Assembly: GCF_030684315.1 (NCBI RefSeq)
Contig: NC_081361.1
Coordinates: 62,603,553 to 62,667,552, forward strand
DNA from: Stegostoma tigrinum
Lineage: Eukaryota
Length of the DNA stretch: 64,000 bases
Direction: 5' to 3'
Position numbers and translations under genes: made by a program
Shown: piece after piece, positions 39,257 to 51,904 of the stretch
Layout of the letters: the number at the start of each line of letters is the position of its first letter
Numbering within the stretch: the stretch's first letter is position 1
The notes under the pieces: model-generated
What the model was told of the DNA's origin: nothing
Seen by the model: only the letters and a program-made list of their open reading frames with translations
Database searches by the model: none

Positions 39257-42200
39257 AGTTCCAAATTGGGTCTTTTATTTACTTTTTATTTTTGGGTACA
39301 TTTCAATTTTGACTTCTCCTATGACTGGCATCTGTTCAGGCTGGGACTTTATCATTTTATAACTTTGTCTTGTTTTGGGGTTTTGTCTTTCATTTGGGAT
39401 AATTTTAAGAGAGTCAGCCTGTTTCAAAGTCCATCAAAATAGGGACATTAAAAAAAAGGAACGCCCAGATTTTTTTTTTTGGAAGGGTGTAAATTTTTCA
39501 TACTGATAAAATGGCAGCAGCACCTGTGTTTACAGTGATTAAACTGCAGTCTCCAAAGTCCTAGCAGGGTGTTGGGAATATTAATTGGTAAACAGTTCTG
39601 CCTTAAACTGTCCTCTTTCAGCATTCCTACATGGAAACAAGGTGCATGTGATACACATTGCCATGGAGAGGGCAAGGGTTGCATTGTAAACCTTGGGTCT
39701 TTACAAGCACCATAACAAATGATGCAATCCTAGTGGAGCATGGTTAATATGGTGCTCTGATTGGAATAGAGTGTAATCCAATTAAAAGTCATGTGGTCCT
39801 AAGGGGATGCAATGTAAGTTACACGTTAAGTATCAAGAGCCTCCTTACAAAGTCACACAATTGTTATATCACCAAGGTATGCCATTTGGCCAATCAAGGC
39901 CATGCTAGCACTCTGCAGAACAAACTAGCCAGTCATTTCACTCTACTCTGCAAAAAAATGTTCTAATATATCTCCAAAACTCACATACAGAAGTGAAGTG
40001 CCAGATTCTGGGAAATATAGAAGAGATGGAGACTGAACTTGCCATAGCTCACTTCATTGGAATGTTGGTGGTAGTTTGTGCTTGGGTTGAAATGACGTGC
40101 AAATGAAGTTGAAAGGTTTGCCTAGACTGCACTAGAGGATGAACTGTCAGGAAAAACCCTGATAGCAAAAGACAGATCTGAGGTTTAGGGTTTCCAGACT
40201 GGGAAAAGAAAGGAACTGGATAAACCAATAGGAACTGAAAATGAATTTGGATTGGTTCCAAGAAAATCAAATAACTTTATGGGACAGATTAAGGTAAACC
40301 TGAAAATGTTTTTTTATTGCAGTTGTGTTAAAATTAAAGGGAACTTTTATGTTGTAGTTTAATGTGTAAATTGGCAACTAAAATAGTATTTGGCCAACAT
40401 TGTTTTTATTTGGTTGTTGTGCTAAAAGTCTTAAAAATGTAAGATCTTGTCATATCATCTGCCCAGTTATCCATTTGAAGTTTTAATATTCAAAAAAGTT
40501 AATAGTCTCTCCAGGGATCATAACGTTGGTGACAATGAACGAAGATTCTGGAACGCACTGACCGACAGGAGCTTCCATGGACTTTAGTGAGGACTAGCCC
40601 CCAAATACTTTGAAACCTGGACGTTTGATTGTTGCATATGCAGTGTGTCTACCACACAAGCTGCTGGCAAATGGTCCAGGTGTGCAATTGACATGGCACA
40701 CAGCCACAAAGCAAAATATATACCTCTTGATTGAGGGCTGTTGAGCGGCAAGGCAAGATGCCTGATTGTGTGACTATGCTAATTGGCTCAACAAGGTGAA
40801 GCATGGCTAGGCGGGGAGGTTTGAGCATTCAGGTAATCACTAATAAAAGCAAGTGCTAAGAAAGAAAACTAGCAGCGCTGAGATGCAGCCTCATCAAATC
40901 TTTAAGCTTGATGTCTGTAGGCAATATGTCCCTTCTGCAGCCTTTCAATGCTAGTGGCCAATGCGCCCTGTGGTGCAAGTCTCTCAAACTTTTCCATCAG
41001 AGGATATTGGGGAATCTTGATGTATACAAGGCAGCCAAGAGTTTGCAGCACATATGACATTGGCCAAAAGCAAAGTCTTATGCAGGAAATGCTAGCAAGA
41101 GGCCCACCAGTGAAAGGACTGCAGGGAGAGTAACAGCTTGTGTTATAGTCTGTTTATCAGTACAAGGCTTGTCCAAGGCTCAACATCAACTATGAGCAAG
41201 CAACAAGATTCAAGTAGTACAGGGAAAGAGCAGTGAGCAAAGGAGACCAACAATCCTTCCACAGTCAAGAACCTTGTAGAGAAAACTTGGGAAAGTGGAG
41301 CAAGGAGTAGCAAAAGGCTACTGTAGCAAGCTGCCAAAGCCCAGTGCTCAATTCTAAACTTTTATCCAAGCAGAAGGCAGTATTAGAATAAGAGCCAACA
41401 CACACGCAAACCAAAAACAGATAGGTCATCATGACGGAAAACAACAGAAGGATATCATGCAAATGCAGATGGTATTGCTGAGGTGAATGACAAAAGACAT
41501 TCCTGTTCCAGATGGATATCAGCTCCTGTTGCTAGTCAGATAATGAAGAATGGGACAATACAGTACGAGTATCAGAACAAATACCAAACTGCCAAGAATG
41601 ACAGAAAGGCCACCTTAGATTTAGAAAACCAGAAAATTTCCCATTACACCCCAGCTCCAAGAAACCACGAGCACTCCTCACCAGTTCTGGAAACTGGAAG
41701 CAGCAACTTGATCAGTGCAGCTTAGGTTGGGGAAACTGGAAACATCAAAGCACCCAGTCAATCCCAATACCAGAAAACTGGGAGCAACAAAGTCCTAGTA
41801 AATGAACAATGGTACAAGACAGCACCAGCACAGAATAGTCAAAATGTCCTCCTTACACAACCAACTCAATGTCATCCCAGATGAACAACCCTCCCATGAG
41901 TAACAAGGACAGATATCTCAGATAGAAAGAGTGCAACTTTTCATGAAGAGTGAATGTATAAATAAAATATCCAACGGTCTGAATTATCATATGCAACTAA
42001 ACTGGAAAACTGTTACAGGTTAAATTACCTTTAAAATTGTTTCTATTAATGTGCATTGTGTTAAAGCCACTTGACAATATGTTTTAACTGTGCCATATCT
42101 TATGAAGGTCAGAGCTAATTTGCGAGCCCCTTTTTGCCTTTCCTCACCTCTTTTCTCTTAACTACTGTGGATGGACCTGACAGATTGATGACAACCCATC

Positions 42201-43039
42201 CCTTGAATGGCCGAATTGGACAGACCTGGATGAGAAGTTACCAAACCTCTGACTGGTGGCTGTACATCTCCCTGACTACATTAGCCTTATCCCTGGACTC
42301 TCTGCTAAGGAGCTACAAGACTGACTGTGATGCACTCCCCACAATGCAGAGGCACAGACTCCATGCCTGAGTACACCCAGACTGGACACTTGATGATCCC
42401 CTTGGGCTGTTTCAGAAGTTTTTATTGTTACTGTTTTGGGATTCTGATAGATGCCTCCAAGGACTTCAGTTTGGACAATTCAGCTAGGACTTTGAGATAT
42501 TGCTGCTTGCTTGCCGCATGTGCAGTATATTATGCTGTGTAAGCTGCTGTTGCATGGTGCAGATGTGAGATTGATAGTGCATAATGCCATATGGCAAGGT
42601 ATGGGTCTGGGCCTGGTTGTGTGACTGCGCAAATTGGCACAGCTAGGCAAGGAACAACACAGATGCCAAAAGCAAGCACATAGGTTCTAAGTCGGCAAAC
42701 GCTAATAAAGCCAGTGGGCAGCCCTGAGATGCAGTTTGGTCCAATCCACTAACTGGGTGCCTGTTCCTGTGTAAAGTGTCCTTGTCCTTCTAGGGGAAGT
42801 GGTCATGGATTTAGAAGGTACTTTTTAAAGATAAGGAGCCTTGGTGTGTTTCTGCAGTGCATCTTATAGGAAGTACACAGTTGATATATTTGGTGTTGGT
42901 GCAGAGGATTGTGGATGTGGTGTCAAACAAGTGGGCTGCTTTGTCCTGAATGGTATCAGGCTTCTTAAATGTTGTTGGATCTGCACACATCCAAGCAAGT
43001 GGGAATGTTCCATCACACTACTGATCTGTGGCTGTTGAC

Positions 43040-43670
43040 TTGCTTGCTGAGCTGGCTTGTTTTTGTTGAGGCGTTCCATGACCGTGCTAGGTGACATCAT
43101 CAGTGCAGCCTCCAATGAAGTGATATTATTCTCCACCGCTTGGAATTTTTACTGTCTGGTCACTTCTGATGAGTACTGTCATTTCCAGTTTGATCTGTAT
43201 GGGTTTGTATATGGGGTCAAATTCTATATGTTTGTTGCTTGAATTATGGGTGGAGAATCATGCCTTTAGGAATTACCGTGGGTGTCTATGTTTGGCTTGG
43301 GCTACTATGGTTACTTTGTGGCAGTTAAATTGATGGTCTTCATTGTCTGAATGTACAGATTTTAAGGAGAGTTTGTTGTGCCGTTTTGCTGCTCGCTGAT
43401 GTTCATGTGTTCTAATGGCTAGTTTCCTTCCTGTCTGTCCGATGTATTGTTTGCAGCAGTCATTGCATGGCATTTTGTAAACTACATTATCTCTGCATGT
43501 TGTGGGATTGGGGTATTTATTCCTTATAAATGTTTGTTTTAGAGTTGCTGTGGGTTTGTGAGACACCATGACTCCTAGTGGTCTTAGGAGTCTTGTTGTC
43601 AGTTCCAATATGTTCCTGATTTGGGGCAGTGTGGTCAGTATATTTAGGTGGTACTGTGTCCTCATGTTGT
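43040..43670 (-). mobile_element. PLE of a second lineage (Poseidon/Penelope-type), GIY-YIG 3' fragment
   Basis: ORF 43273-43665 reads VSHKPTATL...NVVYKMPCNDCCKQYIGQTGRKLAIRTHEH. The 3' end has a degenerate CTGATGATGTCACC...GG(T)CAT-GGAAC motif. Confidence 0.85.
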
Positions 43671-43899
43671 CTGATCTGTGCCTCGTAGTTGGTGGACAAG
43701 CTTTGGGGAGTCACTCAGTGCAAGATTTCTAGCCTCTGATCTGCTCTTATAGCTGTGGTACTTATTTAACCAGTCCAGTTCAGTTCTGGTCAATGGTAAA
43801 TAATGTTGAAAATAGGAGATATGGTGAATAATTTTATTATAATTTTAAATGAGATAAAGGGCTTAAATAAGTCCCAAAATGGAATAGTTATAAAAGCAG

Positions 43900-46099
43900 A
43901 GATAATGGGAACTGCAGATGCTGGAGATTCCAAGATAATAAAATGTGAGGCTGGATGAACACAGCAGGCCAAGCAGCATCCCAGGAGCACAAAAGCTGAC
44001 GTTTCGGGCCTAGACCCTTCATCAGAGAGGGGGATGGGGGGAGGGAACTGGAATAAATAGGGAGAGAGGGGGAGGCGGACCGAAGATGGAGAGTAAAGAA
44101 GATAGGTGGAGAGAGTGTAGGTGGGGAGGTAGGGAGGGGATAGGTCAGTCCAGGGAAGACGGACAGGTCAAGGAGGTGGGATGAGGTTAGTAGGTAGCTG
44201 GGGGTGCGGCTTGGGGTGGGAGGAAGGGATGGGTGAGAGGAAGAACCGGTTAGGGAGGCAGAGACAGGTTGGACTGGTTTTGGGATGCAGTGGGTGAGGG
44301 GGAAGAGCTGGGCTGGTTGTGTGGTGCAGTGGGGGGAGGGGATGAACTGGGCTGGTTTAGGGATGCAGTAGGGGAAGGGGAGATTTTGAAACTGGTGAAG
44401 TCCACATTGATACCATATGGCTGCAGGGTTCCCAGGCGGAATATGAGTTGCTGTTCCTGCAACCTTCGGGTGGCATCATTGTGGCAGTGCAGGAGGCCCA
44501 TGATGGACATGTCATCAAGAGAATGGGAGGGGGAGTGGAAATGGTTTGCGACTGGGAGGTGCAGTTGTTTGTTGCGAATTGAGCGGAGGTGTTCTGCAAA
44601 GCGGTCCCCAAGCCTCCGCTTGGTTTCCCCAATGTAGAGGAAGCCGCACCGGGTACAGTGGATGCAGTATACCACATTGGCAGATGTGCAGGTGAACCTC
44701 TGCTTGATGTGGAATGTCATCTTGGGGCCTGGGATGGGGGTGAGGGAGGAGGTGTGGGGACAAGTGTAGCATTTCCTGCGGTTGCAGGGGAAGGTGCCGG
44801 GTGTGGTGGGGTTGGAGGGCAGTGTGGAGCGAATTCCATCCCCTATTCCCAATTCCTCCGCCTCCGCCGCATCTGCTCCCACGACAAGACATTCCACTCC
44901 CGCACATCCCAGATGTCCAAGTTCTTTAAGGACCGCAACTTTCCCCCCACGGTGATCGAGAACGCCCTTGACCGCGTCTCCCGCATTTCCCGCGACACAT
45001 CCCTCACACCCCGCCCCCGCCACAACCGCCCAAAGAGAATCCCCCTCGTTCTCACACACCACCCTACCAACCTCCGGATACAACGCATTATCCTCCGACA
45101 CTTCCGCCATTTACAATCCGACCCCACCACCCAAGACATTTTTCCATCCCCTCCCCTGTCTGCTTTCCGGAGAGACCATTCTCTCCTGTACTCCCTTGTT
45201 CGCTCCACACTGCCCTCCAACCCCACCACACCCGGCACCTTCCCCTGCAACCGCAGGAAATGTTACACTTGTCCCCACACCTCCTCCCTCACCCCCATCC
45301 CAGGCCCCAAGATGACATTTCATTTCAAGCAGAGGTTCACCTGCACATCTGCCAATGTGGTATACTGCATCCACTGTACCCGGTGCGGCTTCCTCTACAT
45401 TGGGGAAACCAAGCGGAGGCTTGGGAACCGCTTTGCAGAACACCTCCGCTCAGTTCGCAACAAACAACTGCACCTCCCAGTCGCAAACCATTTCCACTCC
45501 CCCTCCCATTCTTTAGATGACATGTCCATCATGGGCCTCCTGCACTGCCACAATGATGCCACCCGAAGGTTGCAGGAACAGCAACTCATATTCCGCCTGG
45601 GAACCCTGCAGCCATATGGTATCAATGTGGACTTCACCAGTTTCAAAATCTCCCCTTCCCCTACTGCATCCCTAAACCAGCCCAGTTCATCCCCTCCCCC
45701 CACTGCACCACACAACCAGCCCAGCTCTTCCCCCCCACCCACTGCATCCCAAAACCAGTCCAACCTGTCTCTGCCTCCCTAACCGGTTCTTCCTCTCACC
45801 CATCCCTTCCTCCCACCCCAAGCCGCACCCCCAGCTACCTACTAACCTCATCCCACCTCCTTGACCTGTCCGTCTTCCCTGGACTGACCTATCCCCTCCC
45901 TACCTCCCCACCTACACTCTCTCCACCTATCTTCTTTACTCTCCATCTTCGGTCCGCCTCCCCCTCTCTCCCTATTTATTCCAGTTCCCTCCCCCCATCC
46001 CCCTCTCTGATGAAGGGTCTAGGCCCGAAATGTCAGCTTTTGTGCTCCTGGGATGCTGCTTGGCCTGCTGTGTTCATCCAGCCTCACATTTTATTATCT
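43900..46099. mobile_element. Penelope-like element (Neptune-type), 5'-truncated, with inverted duplication and 15-bp TSD
   Basis: The plus arm encodes the RT C-terminus (SIPYSQFLRLRRICS), a Cys linker (CNRRKCYTC) and a GIY-YIG endonuclease (VVYCIHCTRCGFLYIGETKRRL...EH). Inverted arms at 43932-44833 and 45199-46100. TSD TAGTTATAAAAGCAG at 43885-43899 and 46100-46114. Confidence 0.92.
43998..44025 (-). ncRNA. Minimal hammerhead ribozyme motif in the inverted PLE arm
   Basis: Minus strand reads CTGATGAAGGGTCTAGGCCCGAAACGTC. The mirror copy at 46007-46034 (+) has one CpG-type change (GAAATGTC). Confidence 0.7.
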
Positions 46100-46134
46100 T
46101 AGTTATAAAAGCAGTTAGTATGTTCACGTAGGTA

Positions 46135-46727
46135 ACTCCCCCTCGCACTCCTTTGATGACATGTCCATCCTGGGCCTCCTGCAGTGCCATAATGATGCCA
46201 CCCGAAGGTTACAGGAACAGCAACTCATATTCCGCTTAGGAACCCTGCAGCCCAATAGCATCAATGTGGATTTCACAAACTTCAAGATCTCCCCTCCCAC
46301 CACTGCATCCCAAAACCCCCCAGCTCGTCCCCGTCTCCCTAACCTGTTCTTCTTCTCACCTATCCCCTCCTCCCACCTCAAGCTGGACTTCCATTCCCTA
46401 CCTCCTAACCTCATCCCGCCCCCTTGACCTGTCCGTCCTCCATGGACTGACCTATCCCCTCCCTAACTTCCCACCTATACTCACCTCTACAGGCTCCATC
46501 CCTGCCCCTTTAACTTGTCTGTCTCCTCTCCACCTATTGTCCCCTCTCCACTGATCTTCTCCTCTATCCCCCTTCGATCCGCCTCCCCCTCTCTCCCTAT
46601 TTATTTCAGCACCATCTCCCCACACCCCCTTTTCTGATGAAGGGTCTAGGCCCAAAATGTCAGCTTTTGTGCTCCTAAGATGCTGCTTGGCCTGCTGTGT
46701 TGATCAGGCTCTACACTTTGTTATCTC
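46135..46727 (+). mobile_element. Neptune-type PLE 3' fragment (related subfamily)
   Basis: GIY-YIG C-terminus (RRLQEQQLIFRLGTLQPNSINVDF), C-rich 3' UTR and a terminal CTGATGAAGGGTCTAGGCCC motif. Confidence 0.88.
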
Positions 46728-47334
46728 TTAAGTAGGTTCATGTGCTGATTCGTTAATTGTAAAAGACAACTTTATCCTATCTAACTGGAATCTAAGTTCA
46801 GCTCCTTGCTTTTATTCCCTCTTTACAATACCATTTCCCTTCAGCTGCACATCCTAGCCCACATAGTTTGTTCTTTTAACTCTTGACAAAATATGTGCCC
46901 CCTTCCTTCTCCTGTTTTGCTATTGATGATAGAACATTCAATAATCATAGGCTTATCCTCTACAAATCTGTTTCAAGTGCTTTGGCCTTCCTTCATGTCT
47001 CTCCATTTTCAAAACATTCTCAAAATCAACCTCTTTGACCTTTGCTTCAGTATGTTCTCATAGCTCTTCTCACAATTCCTGCTTGGTGTCTGATGAACTG
47101 AAATGGATTATAGAATGGTAAATTGCTGCTGAAAGCAAAGGGATGGATTGTTGTAGATGTGATCAATGTAGGTAATTCATGCCTAAAGTCCAAAATTCCA
47201 GTAAATTCTGCCAAATATACCTTATAAATCATAAACAAAACATCGCCAGTAATTTGAAATGATCCTTTTTAGATGAACCTTAATCCAGTATTAAAGCACA
47301 TTTTGCTATCTTTTTACCAGAAGATCTAAAATGC

Positions 47335-47635
47335 ATAGAATCAGGAATAATCATAGGGTCATACAGCATGGAAACAAATCCTTTGATCCAACATGTCCAT
47401 GCCGAGCATAATCCCAAACTAAACTAGTCCAACCTGCCTGAACTTGGCCCATATCCCTCCAAAATTTCTTATTCATGTGCTTATATAAGTGGCTTTTCAA
47501 TGTTGTAACTGTACCCACATCCACCACTTCCTCTGGAAGTTCAATCCATACATGAACCACTCTCTGTGTAAAAAAAATGCCCCCATTCTTGAAATCCCCC
47601 AGCCTAGAGAAAAGACACTGTCATTCACCCTGTCA
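47335..47635 (-). mobile_element. CR1 3' end fragment
   Basis: VHVWIELPEEVVDVGT plus a typical 3' UTR. Confidence 0.8.
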
Positions 47636-48074
47636 TTTGTTTCAACTGGATATGCATTGTACAATTCAGAACCAGGCCACAACTGATTTCTGATCCAACT
47701 ATAAATTAAAATTGATTCAACTTGGACAGTTTATGGAGGTGCTGAAACTCAGCCTTACTTCCTGTTGGCTCTGTCAGCTAATTGTTGACTTCACTCCACA
47801 ACAGGGTGGCTAGCTTGTGTGATTTTGGCCATTATCCTGCTCCATGTTGACTTTATTAGTGCTTTGACTGACTGAATGTAGAAGCATTGATCACATCCAC
47901 AAAAAGTTTTAATATCTCAATATTGACTTTATGCAGTCCTAATGTTGTTATATATAGCCAATATTAAATATGAGCAATAGTACTACAATATTTTACTAAC
48001 ATTTAATACATCTGTGAACTATAGTTTTTAAATAGTCATTGTACAGAGCTTGAGTACTGTTGAAAAAATACACA

Positions 48075-48445
48075 TTTTATGAAAGCTTTTTGTCTTCCTT
48101 TCATCAGGACATTTTGCAATAATACCAAATCAAGGGGAAAGGCCAACATTTGTATTGCTGAGGGAACAGTACTGATTGGTTGGTAAGTGGACTCTGATTG
48201 GTAGAGGTGTTGCCATGAAGAATACATCCATTTAAGCTGATTGACAGTTAATAACCAGGCCTTGTAAAATAATAAACTAGGCATGTTGACTCTGATTTGT
48301 CAGGGTATTGCCCTGAGAAATCAACTAGCGAATGGCTGTCAGCATTAACAGGTGCATTCTCCATGGCAACACATCTACCAATCAGAGTCCAGTTACCAAC
48401 CAATCAGCACTTTCCTCTGATGCAGTACAAATGTTGGTTTTCTCT
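48075..48445. mobile_element. Fold-back element (family E) with repeated CCAATCAG motifs
   Basis: ctgattggttggtaagtggactctgattggtagaggtgttgccatg is inverted by catggcaacacatctaccaatcagagtccagttaccaaccaatcag. Minus-strand gtcCTGATGA at 48101-48110. Confidence 0.7.
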
Positions 48446-48659
48446 ATGAATTCATATTCTTATAACATGTTTTAAAACATGTCTTTTTCAACAGTGACAT
48501 TATTATACACAACAATTTTTTCTCAATAAGTGAATATTCTGTAACCACAGAATTCAGCTGTATTTTATTAAATAAGATTAATGTCCAGATAATTCTTGAG
48601 GAAAGTGAGTGATGAGGAATAAATGTTGACCTTACTAGTGACACCTACCTCTGTGAATA

Positions 48660-49200
48660 AATAAAGCAAATTGAAGGAGTCTACAGAATTTGCAGATACA
48701 TTTTATTTTGTTCAAAAAGCACACAATTAATAGACAGTCGTCAATACGGTGTTTTATAAATTCCTACTTTAAAAATAAAACTAGTCTGTCTCCAAACTAA
48801 AACACAAACCAATTCTAAACAAGGTCTCACATCGAACATGCATTGTCTAATCTAAAATGTCACCTCTTCTCTACACCGATAAAATGTTTAGTTATCTCAG
48901 GGACGTGATTTGAAAGGAATTCAGGGATTTACATATACATGTTAATCAATTAAAACCTCCTAATTGATTAAATATTTCAACAGCATTTTAGGTTTGTTTA
49001 GTGCATCCTCATCAATGATGTGAATCTTTAATCTTTTACTTATAAATTCTGTGTCTGAAACTACTCTCTCACTAACACCTGAAGAAGGACTGAGGCTCCA
49101 AAAGCTTTTGTTTTCAAATAAATTTGTTGGACAATAACCTGGTGTTGTGTGATTTCTGAGCTTATCCAGCCCAGTCCAATACCAGCACCTCCACATCATA
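48660..49200 (+). mobile_element. Decayed PLE 3' end (family C)
   Basis: Ends CTGAAGAAGGA-CTGAGGC-TCC-AAAAGCTT followed by a terminal tail. The 5' boundary is uncertain. Confidence 0.5.
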
Positions 49201-51904
49201 TCTACAAAATGAAGAGGAGCTCAGGAAAATATGGAAATTTTTGGTCCATCCTATCATTATAGCACAAAATGATAATGTCCTCTCCTGATGCCTCTGGAAT
49301 ACCTGGTGTAAGGATCAGGTCAATTTTTTTTTAGATAATGTTCCTGTATCTCCTTTATCACATTTTAGATGTGCACCAAAGGAAGGAGTTGAAAGTCACT
49401 ATCCCCATAGCCAGCACAAACCACCACAAACACTTTTTGAAGATTGCAGCAATTGGCTCCATTAAAGGCCAAAATAGTTAGTTTCAAAATTTTAAACATT
49501 AGGTGGAATGTATGTCAGCTGCTTAAAGGGCCTGGTGTCCGACGTGCTCAGTATTGGAGTTTTCAAGTTCAAACTTGGGTATTTGATTCTCCAGCCTCTC
49601 CAACATCATTGACCAATTATGGTCATGTAATCTGGGTTGAAACCTGGCATATATAGAGCATCATGCTTCTACTAACTGGGAAGAAACCTCTTGCCCAGTT
49701 GGAAGAGGGCAAGCAATTGCTTATTCCAAGCAATCCCCAAACACATTATGGAAATTGACAAAATAAAGGCCAGGTCAGTAACAAGAACAGTGAATGGATA
49801 CAACTAGTCTGAAATCATGAGAGACTTTGAAACTTCTAAAGAGGAATGGGAGTGATATGATTTATTCTATGGAGGTGGCCTCAGTAGGGTAAGGCCATTA
49901 CCTGCCTTCTTCTGGAATATGACTTAAGAAGAGATGCAGTGGTTATTGTCAAATTTCATCCATGAAATGTAAACATATCTTGTAGATAAAATTCATGAAT
50001 TTGACTACTGCGGCATTTCAGCATGCTACATGCTGTATTTGATAAAACTGAACTGTATGGTACTTCATATACTGATATATTTGAAATGTACTTCTATATA
50101 CTTTTACAAATGTTATGACTAATCTTCTCTATAAATTCTTATTCATTTTTCAACAGTTAAAAGGAAATTGTAAAATAAGTTTGCACATACAAATAAATAG
50201 GTCATCCTTTTTCCACAAATTGCTCATTTGGAGAGCTGGTGCAGACATGATGAGCCAAATAACCTCCTACTGTGCCAATAAAATATTTGTGATTTGGTGC
50301 TTAATGTGGTCGATTCATAGGAAACAAATTGTGCAGATAAATACTTCGATTGAAAAGTTTTGTGCCAAATCATGTGAAAACTTCAGTAATAAATTGTCAA
50401 ACTATATTTTCTGTAACATTTTTTAAGAAGTGAGAAATATTTGATGTAATTCTGGGAAGTCTGCTGCCTTATCTTGCTCCCAGTTGTTGCCTTGGGCCTA
50501 CTTATTGTTACATCAACATTTTTATTTACTATTTATTAAAAATTCACATTTCCAGTTTAGCAGACAGCTATCATCACTATGATAAAAACAGGCTTTCTTT
50601 TTCAAACAAAGAACTATAAACAATTTTCCAAGTTGCTCACAAACATTTCTGGAAAGTATTCATATCATCCCCAAATGTAAAGAAGGATAGAAATGCAATT
50701 AAAACTCAGCATGTCCATTAGCATATATGATGAGAAAAACAGGGTTAACTTTTAGACTCTTTGTGGTCTCTTCCTCAGAATGGCATTTTCTGACTTTCTT
50801 TTGATTTTATTGCAAAGAAAAATAAGTTATATATAACATCCAAAACTCTTTCCAAATAATGGGAATTGTTCTATCTTTAAAAAGCAACCAAGTGTAGTTT
50901 ATCATTATTTTTGAAAATCCAGCTGCAAGTGTTACTTTTTGGGAAATCTGAGTAAATTTTATAATTTTTCTAATATTACATCAATGATTCATCTCCCGTT
51001 TCATTTATATCAAATCAACTTAATTTACAATTATTTTATTTCAAACAGATCTCTGCCTCAAACTTATTAACACAAATTTGTGAAAAAGGGAATGATATTC
51101 AATAAGTGCACAGCAAGGTTTGAAAATGTTCTGTAAGATTCAGTCTGTTTTGAAAACAATCTCAGAAGAGTAATTGAATGTTCCTGTACAGAACAGGGCC
51201 TAGTCAAAGTCATGGGGTCCAGTAAAGCAGCACGTAACATCGCTTGATAATTCTATGTTTTCATATTACCTTTTTACATGTACATTTGCAGTTTGGATGA
51301 TAAAATTGGTAGCAGTATGTAGCAGCTCCCTCATGTCAGATGTGTAATTCTAACAGTTATACATTTTTGTTGGTCTCTTTGATTTCTCAGCAGAAACACA
51401 GATACTAATAGGAACTGCTTACATTATTGCAATAACAAATAGTGATATTATAGAACTAAATAAAATTGCAGCAGTTGTGGAAAACAGGATATTTTCACCT
51501 ATTTGTATCCTGATTAAAAGCTCAATAAACTCTTGGGGATGAGCTGCATGAGTGAACTAAAGAACCAATAAGCTATGTTCAAAAATTTAAACTCATTGAA
51601 AGCAATCTGGTGAGCTTTCCTGTTCAGTTGTCCAATATGGAGTTAACTACTACATATAATACATAAGCATAGGGTCCAGATTTAATCCCCAGACTCTACT
51701 GAGTGGTGACTTGCAACCAAGATAGCAGGGTGGGATGCTACAATTAATCTACAGAGAGAAAGAAAATAATCAGTGTTTCTATTCCTGACATCCGTCCAAT
51801 AAGCATTGATCTAAAGTACATATGAGCAGATGCCTAACTAGCCATGATTGAATTTGATAGTGATGTTTTTTCTAGTTGAATAATCTGCCATTCCAGGCCA
51901 AATG

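Noticed and set aside
44250-45782. 397-aa (+) and 286-aa (-) ORFs as novel endonuclease genes
   Set aside because: The N-terminal parts are antisense read-through of the inverted arm. Only the PLE RT-tail/GIY-YIG part is real, and the RT core is missing.
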